A DNA stretch of 64,000 bases. It comes from an uncultured archaeon. Lineage in GTDB: Archaea > Micrarchaeota > Micrarchaeia > Micrarchaeales > CABMGC01. This document shows, in pieces, positions 59,056 through 64,000 of the stretch. The notes beneath the pieces are model-generated. The model saw only the letters and a list, made by a program, of their open reading frames with translations. It searched no databases and was not told the DNA's origin. Position 1 is the first letter of the stretch. The number at the start of each line of letters is the position of its first letter. The stretch is taken from NCBI GenBank assembly GCA_963704435.1, contig OY969902.1:200949-264948 (forward strand). The letters run 5' to 3'. The translations under genes were made by a program, and so were the position numbers.

Positions 59056-60645
59056 TCAGGACTGCTGTTCCTTCTCCTCCTTGGCCTTAAGCAGGTCCTT
59101 GTACTTCTTGTCCACCAGCGCCTTGAGTTCTACCTCTATCTTTTTCCTGTCGTCCCCGGTTATGTCGCTGAGGTCCCCGGACAGCTGGCTGACGTACCTG
59201 ACTATCATGCTGTAGCTGCTCTCCTGCAGGTTCCTGTGCCTCTCTCCACTGAGGTACCTCTCGAGCTTCCTGCCTGCGTCCATCACCGCGAGCTTTATCT
59301 CCTCGACGATCTCCTCGTTCTGCGCTATCGCCTGCTTCCCGACGCCCGAGTAGGGTATGTACACCGATGACACGTTGACGAGCACGCTGACCGGCTCCTC
59401 GTCGAACTTCGCTATCGAGTAGCGCTTCCAGTCCACCCCCCCAATCGCCTCGGTTATCGCGCAGCTGCCCGTGTCGAACAGCAGCGGCACCTTGTTCGCG
59501 AACCGTAGCACGTTGCCAGAGACCATCTGGCCGTTCGCCTTGCCCGCCTTTCCGCCGTAGGCTATGCCCACCTCGACCACGAAGGGTATCCCTCCCTTGA
59601 ATACCTTCGGCTTGCGCTCCACCACGCTCAGGAACGTCGGGTCGAGTATGTTCTTCATCGCGATCTCTATCTGGCTCTCCCCTATCGTCGAAAGCGAGTC
59701 GAGTTCCGGAGCGATCCACTTCACCTGCCCAAACGCGTTCACTATGCGCTCGGCCTCCGCCCAGGTCAGCGCCCTCGGCTCCTTCTCGAAGTCGACGTCC
59801 TTCGCGATGGCCGCGAGCTCCTTCACCTTCTCCTGCGACACCCTAGAGAACGTCTCCACGAGCAGCGAGGAAACCTTCCTGCTGCTGCTCATCCTCGCGA
59901 AATCGAGAAGGTCGCTCGCCCCTATGCCGAGTGGATGGGGCTTTATCAGCTTCGCCCTCTTGGGCATCTCCTCTACGGATCTCGGGAAGGCAACCTCATT
60001 CCCGTCGGGCTCCACAAGCCTTATGCTGATGTGCGGGTTGGAGAGCGCCGTCCTCCTTATGTACTCGTAGACTCCGTGGTCGCTCTTCTCGTACTTCACG
60101 TCGCCGAACTCGCCGTAGACCGACAGCCCGCGGAACTCTCGCGGCACCGGGGTCACCTCGCTGATTATGGGCTTGTTGGACCTTATGTCCACGCTGAGGT
60201 TGCACTCGAACTGATCCTTCCCCGTGCCCGACTTGACGTGTATGCCCTTGCCTGTTGTTATGAGCGCGAAAAGCGTGCAGCCCCCGGCCCCTATGCCCTG
60301 CTGCCCCCTCTGCTGCATGTACCTGTGGAACTTCGTTCCGGAAAGGACTGACGCTAGCGCCTTGCCTACTATGCCCTTGGGTATCCCAGGGCCGTTGTCC
60401 GTGACGCCGATGCCGTACTTGTTCTCCGAGATTTCCTTCACGACGACGTCTATGCTCGGCAGTATGTTCGCCTCCTCGCAGGCATCGAGCGAGTTCGTGA
60501 CGTACTCGTGCACCACGGTCGTCAGCGACCTGACCTTCCCGGAGTAGCCGAGCATCTGGCTGTTCTTCCGGAAGAACTCGGTTATGGAGTGCTCCCTGAA
60601 CTCCTTGAATATCTCCTCTGAAGACTTTACCTCCTCTTGCGCCAA
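59056..60645 (-). CDS. top6B: DNA topoisomerase VI subunit B
   Basis: The Bergerat-fold N box is VHEYVTNSLDACEEA. The G boxes are DNGPGIP and GQQGIGA. Length is 529 aa. Confidence 0.9.
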   Translation of the reverse strand: MAQEEVKSSEEIFKEFREHSITEFFRKNSQMLGYSGKVRSLTTVVHEYVTNSLDACEEANILPSIDVVVKEISENKYGIGVTDNGPGIPKGIVGKALASVLSGTKFHRYMQQRGQQGIGAGGCTLFALITTGKGIHVKSGTGKDQFECNLSVDIRSNKPIISEVTPVPREFRGLSVYGEFGDVKYEKSDHGVYEYIRRTALSNPHISIRLVEPDGNEVAFPRSVEEMPKRAKLIKPHPLGIGASDLLDFARMSSSRKVSSLLVETFSRVSQEKVKELAAIAKDVDFEKEPRALTWAEAERIVNAFGQVKWIAPELDSLSTIGESQIEIAMKNILDPTFLSVVERKPKVFKGGIPFVVEVGIAYGGKAGKANGQMVSGNVLRFANKVPLLFDTGSCAITEAIGGVDWKRYSIAKFDEEPVSVLVNVSSVYIPYSGVGKQAIAQNEEIVEEIKLAVMDAGRKLERYLSGERHRNLQESSYSMIVRYVSQLSGDLSDITGDDRKKIEVELKALVDKKYKDLLKAKEEKEQQS

Positions 60646-60649
60646 TCCG

Positions 60650-61153
60650 TCACCTTCCGTTCTCCCGTTTCTTCATCTTCTCCATTATGGTGTATGCCTT
60701 TTTGTGCGTTCCGCCATCCAGCAGCACGTCCAGTGCAGAGCGCATTATCCTGAGCTCCTCGATCGTGCCTATCATGCTCACAGTGTCCCCGTAGACCACC
60801 ATGTCCGCCCCGCTGACCGCCTGCATGTAGCTCTTGGTCCGTCCCTCGCTCCCTATTATCCTCGCCTTTATCCTCCTCACGTGGTCATCGTTCTTGAACA
60901 TCGTCTTCAGGTCCACGGACTCGAAGAAGTAGTCCTCGGACAGGAGCTTGTAGGCCTTGTGTATGTCGAACCCCCTGCCGAACGCAAGCAGGACGTTCTT
61001 CGCATTGTACTCATCGTACGCCTCTCCGGTTATCACTACTTCGTTGCCGTCTCGAACCTCTATGCCGCACGCTAGGCGCTCGCTTATCGAGTCCAGGAGC
61101 GCGCGGTCTTCGAGTAGCTTGGCCCTCCTTGCAGGCATCAGGAACTGCTGCAT
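60650..61153 (-). CDS. KH-domain RNA-binding protein (archaeal Pno1/Dim2-like, COG1094)
   Basis: 167 aa with two KH-like units. RIIGSEGRTKSYMQAVSGA contains the GxxG loop. Confidence 0.7.
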   Translation of the reverse strand: MQQFLMPARRAKLLEDRALLDSISERLACGIEVRDGNEVVITGEAYDEYNAKNVLLAFGRGFDIHKAYKLLSEDYFFESVDLKTMFKNDDHVRRIKARIIGSEGRTKSYMQAVSGADMVVYGDTVSMIGTIEELRIMRSALDVLLDGGTHKKAYTIMEKMKKRENGR

Positions 61154-61269
61154 CCAATCACAAAACCAAAATCAGGCTAAGACATATTGCCTCGCCGAGA
61201 CTTTTATATCTTCGTCTTGCGAGGGCAATTCCTTAATAACCTGTTTTGCCATAGAGGATAGGGAGTAAA

Positions 61270-62184
61270 ATGAACATTGTCATCGCGGTTCCGGTGGACG
61301 AGAACTTCGCGGCATTCATAGGCAAGAAGGGCTCCGCAAACAGCATCACGTTCTACAACCGGAAGCAGGAGGGCGACATGATAGTCGCGCTGTTCCCCGG
61401 CCAGGAGGACGAGAAAGTGCACGCGCTTGCCCAGTCGCTGCTGGTGGCGCACAAGATCGTGATCAGCACGGCCGCAGTCGACAAGAGGTTCGGGGAGGCG
61501 CTCATCGCAGCGTCGCTGCTCGAGAAGCCAATCATACTCACGAACGACAACGACGTTGAGGCCATACTCAAGGGTTCGGGGATCTCGAACTGCAGGATCG
61601 TGCCCAAGGAGGGGCTTTTCGAGGCGATACGCGAAGGCTCGGACCTGGCCCCCGAAGTGGACGGGAGCGATGTCAGGGTGGACATAGACAAGGCGTTCCC
61701 TGTGAGGGGCATAGGCACCGTTGCGCTGGGCATAGTGACCCGCGGAGTCGTGAAGCAGCACGAGAAGCTCTACCACTCTTCAGGAAAGCAGGTGGCTGTG
61801 CGGTCTCTGCAGAGCCACGACGAAGACGTGACCTCCGCAGGCGTAGGCACCCGCGTGGGCATCTCACTCAAGGACATCGGTGACGATGAGATAAGCAAGG
61901 GCGACTTGCTGACATCGATCGCTCCAGTAAGGAAGTCGAGGAAGATCGTGATCGATGCGAAGCAGAGCGCGGTCGCGAAGGAATCCGTCTCGGAAGGGTC
62001 GTCGTACAGGATTGCTCAGAACTTTTCCTCGAGCGATTGCATAGTGACCGGGATCCACGGAAACGATATCGAGGTCGAACTGAGCGCACCGATGCCTGTG
62101 GAGAAGGGTGACGAGGTATTCCTGATAAGGAAGGCGGTTCCCAGGCTGTTTGCGTCAGGCAGGGTTAAGGAAGCCTCTGCGTGA
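61270..62184 (+). CDS. EF-Tu/SelB-like protein with a degenerate G domain and EF-Tu domain 2
   Basis: 304 aa. The beta-barrel domain-2 pattern is present (VRVDIDKAFPVRGIGTVALGIVTRGVVKQHEKL...VRSLQSHDEDVTSAGVGTRVGISLKDI...ISKGDLL). The N-terminal domain lacks a canonical P-loop. Confidence 0.6.
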   Translation: MNIVIAVPVDENFAAFIGKKGSANSITFYNRKQEGDMIVALFPGQEDEKVHALAQSLLVAHKIVISTAAVDKRFGEALIAASLLEKPIILTNDNDVEAILKGSGISNCRIVPKEGLFEAIREGSDLAPEVDGSDVRVDIDKAFPVRGIGTVALGIVTRGVVKQHEKLYHSSGKQVAVRSLQSHDEDVTSAGVGTRVGISLKDIGDDEISKGDLLTSIAPVRKSRKIVIDAKQSAVAKESVSEGSSYRIAQNFSSSDCIVTGIHGNDIEVELSAPMPVEKGDEVFLIRKAVPRLFASGRVKEASA

Positions 62185-62215
62185 TTCGGCCTAAAACGGC
62201 AATCTGCTTGAGCGA

Positions 62216-63052
62216 TCACCGCACAAGGTTCTTTACCGCATCAGACAGTGGAACGTTAAGATCTGTCGCGGGCTTTTCGAGCATGACGAATTCGTATTCC
62301 GACTCCTTTAGAAGCAGGCCCTGCGCCATCCCGTCTACGATCTGGCCATTCATGTGTTCCCCTTTGTCTTTCTGCGCAGGTATGAAGACCCTGCGTTCAT
62401 ATTTGTGCGGGACCCCGTGCTCTGCGCTCTTCTTTTCAGGTATCCACTTATTCTCCACGTAAGTGACACTGACGTTGCTGTGCTGCTTTGTCAGGCGTCC
62501 TATGATCTCGCGACCAAATTCCGTCTGCATGCTGAAAGCGGTTCCCCTGTCGTCTCTTTCCCTGCCCCTTTTTTCGGCGGAGTCCACGAGCACTGCGATT
62601 ATTTCATTGAGCTCCCCGAGTTCAGCCAAGTGTGCGGGATACCTGCTTCCAAGCGTGCGCAGGAAATTCGCATAGATTTCGTTCAATCTCTCGGCATCGA
62701 GCTTCCTCTCCGATGCGTGGTGCGAGGATCTTTTCATGATCCGCTGCAGTTCTATTTTACCATCCACTCCTATCCCGATGTGGCTAGGATAGGAAAAGGT
62801 TGCGTCAGAGCGTTCGCTTCCATCTATGAAGTAGACGCGCAAGTTCGTCTTTATTCCGGAAAGCTCAGACAGGCTCCTGCTAAGGCTTTCAACATACCAC
62901 GGTATGAAACTCGAATTTATATCGATTCCGAGAGTTGCTTCTGGCGCAGTGCCATAGCGCGCGCTTTCGTATGCTGAGCGCTTCAGCTCAGTGAATATCT
63001 GTACGGGCGACTTGTGCTCGACGAGCACGCTGACTTCAGTAGGACTAGACAT
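62216..63052 (-). CDS. Hypothetical protein
   Basis: 278-aa ORF with no recognisable motif. It lies downstream of, and co-oriented with, the R-M-like gene fragment at the window end. Confidence 0.45.
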   Translation of the reverse strand: MSSPTEVSVLVEHKSPVQIFTELKRSAYESARYGTAPEATLGIDINSSFIPWYVESLSRSLSELSGIKTNLRVYFIDGSERSDATFSYPSHIGIGVDGKIELQRIMKRSSHHASERKLDAERLNEIYANFLRTLGSRYPAHLAELGELNEIIAVLVDSAEKRGRERDDRGTAFSMQTEFGREIIGRLTKQHSNVSVTYVENKWIPEKKSAEHGVPHKYERRVFIPAQKDKGEHMNGQIVDGMAQGLLLKESEYEFVMLEKPATDLNVPLSDAVKNLVR

Positions 63053-63150
63053 TACAGGGCTTTAGAGTGGTGTACTGCTCCTCTGTCATGCAACTCACGT
63101 AACTATTCCTTTGCATGGCCACATATTTATGCCTTGCGTGTGGGCCAGCT

Positions 63151-63201
63151 TTGTCCATAAAGTCCCTCTTGTCCATAAAGTGTCAATCTTGTCCATAAAG
63201 T
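63151..63201. repeat. Three direct repeats of TTGTCCATAAAGT spaced 18 and 20 bp
   Basis: TTGTCCATAAAGT occurs at 63151-63163, 63169-63181 and 63189-63201. This is in the intergenic region between 63204..64000 and 62216..63052. Confidence 0.8.
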
Positions 63202-63203
63202 CG

Positions 63204-64000
63204 TCACACAGTTTCTTCTATTAGTTCTATTTCTTTTTTATCAGATATTCCATAAATGTTGTATACTTGTTCATTGATTTCTTTATCTATTCTTTGAATC
63301 TCATCTTTCAGCTCGATAGCCCTATTTGTTTTATCCTTTGTTTCCATGAGTTCATTATTTAGCGAAATAATCCTATCTACTAATTTTATAATTTGATTCT
63401 GTTTGGTTTTATCTTTTTTGATAGGTATCTGTTTTAAGTAAATTCGTTTAATGTTAATATCGACAAAAAGTTTTCTAAACCAATAATTAATCAGGTTGGA
63501 ATTTATTATTCCGAGAACATATTTAGTTGAATAGCCTAAGCTTTCGTCAATTATTATATTATTTAGGTTTTGAAGAGTATAGTATTTTTGATTATCATAG
63601 GCTACAATAAGCCTTCTTGGTAATTTCAGATTTCTTATGAGTTGAACTAATAATTTCTGCTCATTTAGATATACTCTCTCATCCCAACAGCCTCCGCCTG
63701 CACTACTTTTATCAAAATAAATATATTTGTTATTAAATCTCAGCCAGTATCTTCCAATATCTCTACCACTTAAGAGGGGTTTATATTTGCTATTTTTCTG
63801 AGTATCAAAAATACATTCTTTATTATTACGAGTTACCATACCTCTATAAACTTCTCCTATCTCTCCAAGAGGTATTGAACCTCTTTCTATCTTCTTCTTT
63901 ATACTATCAAAGCGGTCATCTACAACTACATTAAAGGAGTAAAAGTTAGATTTCAAAAAGGATTTTTGATATATTTTCTTTTTATCTTTGATTTTCAACT
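63204..64000 (-). CDS. C-terminal part of a type II/IIG restriction-modification protein (TaqI-like C-terminal specificity domain); 5' end outside the window
   Basis: IPLGEIGEVYRGMVTRNNKECIF...KPLLSGRDIGRYWL...YIYFD...LVQLIRN...YYTLQNLNNII...KYVLGIINSNLINYWFRK matches the TaqI_C/Eco57I-type target recognition pattern. The frame is open to the window edge, and the track's M is a TTG. The region is extremely AT-rich. Confidence 0.6.
   Translation of the reverse strand, partial: LKIKDKKKIYQKSFLKSNFYSFNVVVDDRFDSIKKKIERGSIPLGEIGEVYRGMVTRNNKECIFDTQKNSKYKPLLSGRDIGRYWLRFNNKYIYFDKSSAGGGCWDERVYLNEQKLLVQLIRNLKLPRRLIVAYDNQKYYTLQNLNNIIIDESLGYSTKYVLGIINSNLINYWFRKLFVDINIKRIYLKQIPIKKDKTKQNQIIKLVDRIISLNNELMETKDKTNRAIELKDEIQRIDKEINEQVYNIYGISDKKEIELIEETV

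Overview
This window looks archaeal, probably from a GC-rich member of the acidophilic Thermoplasmata. That placement is inferred from gene content: a thermopsin-family protease, archaeal ThrRS with the N-terminal editing domain, Topo VI subunit B, a Nop5-like protein, a class-III (type IV pilin-like) signal peptide, and a Tes/GDGT-MAS-like radical-SAM enzyme. The GC-rich backbone carries housekeeping genes: thrS, glyS, top6B, nth, an OGG-type glycosylase, amt, tRNA-Thr and tRNA-Gly. It is interrupted by accessory DNA that is AT-richer by eye. There are three identical 1059-bp IS4/IS5-type insertion sequences. One of them splits a surface-glycoprotein paralogue in frame, with a perfect 8-bp target duplication. 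A mosaic island at about 14.7-32.5 kb ends at a tyrosine integrase next to tRNA-Thr. It holds an AAA/DUF4143 ATPase, a TGT/DpdA-like TIM-barrel gene, a TIGR02391 Abi-like gene, a DUF1524 nuclease fragment, an IS200-type tnpA and an AbrB-like gene. The best candidate for an undescribed system is a tightly packed seven-gene AT-rich operon inside this island (17.5-24.5 kb). It encodes a P-loop kinase-like protein, two radical-SAM enzymes, a cluster-less paralogue with the same Cys-rich C-terminal module, a NUDIX hydrolase, a Dam-type N6-adenine methyltransferase and a GT2 glycosyltransferase. A diverged ~100-150 bp repeat family brackets it; the repeat carries a conserved divergent micro-ORF and the 5' end of the AbrB-like gene. 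Other points of interest are a Nop5-like protein with about 12 tandem RRPYQNREGGxF repeats, a hicA-like pseudogene with an in-frame TAG, and a HerA/VirB4-like ATPase cluster downstream of a LamG pilin-like gene. No CRISPR array or rRNA was seen. All family assignments come from motif recognition by eye; no database search was run.
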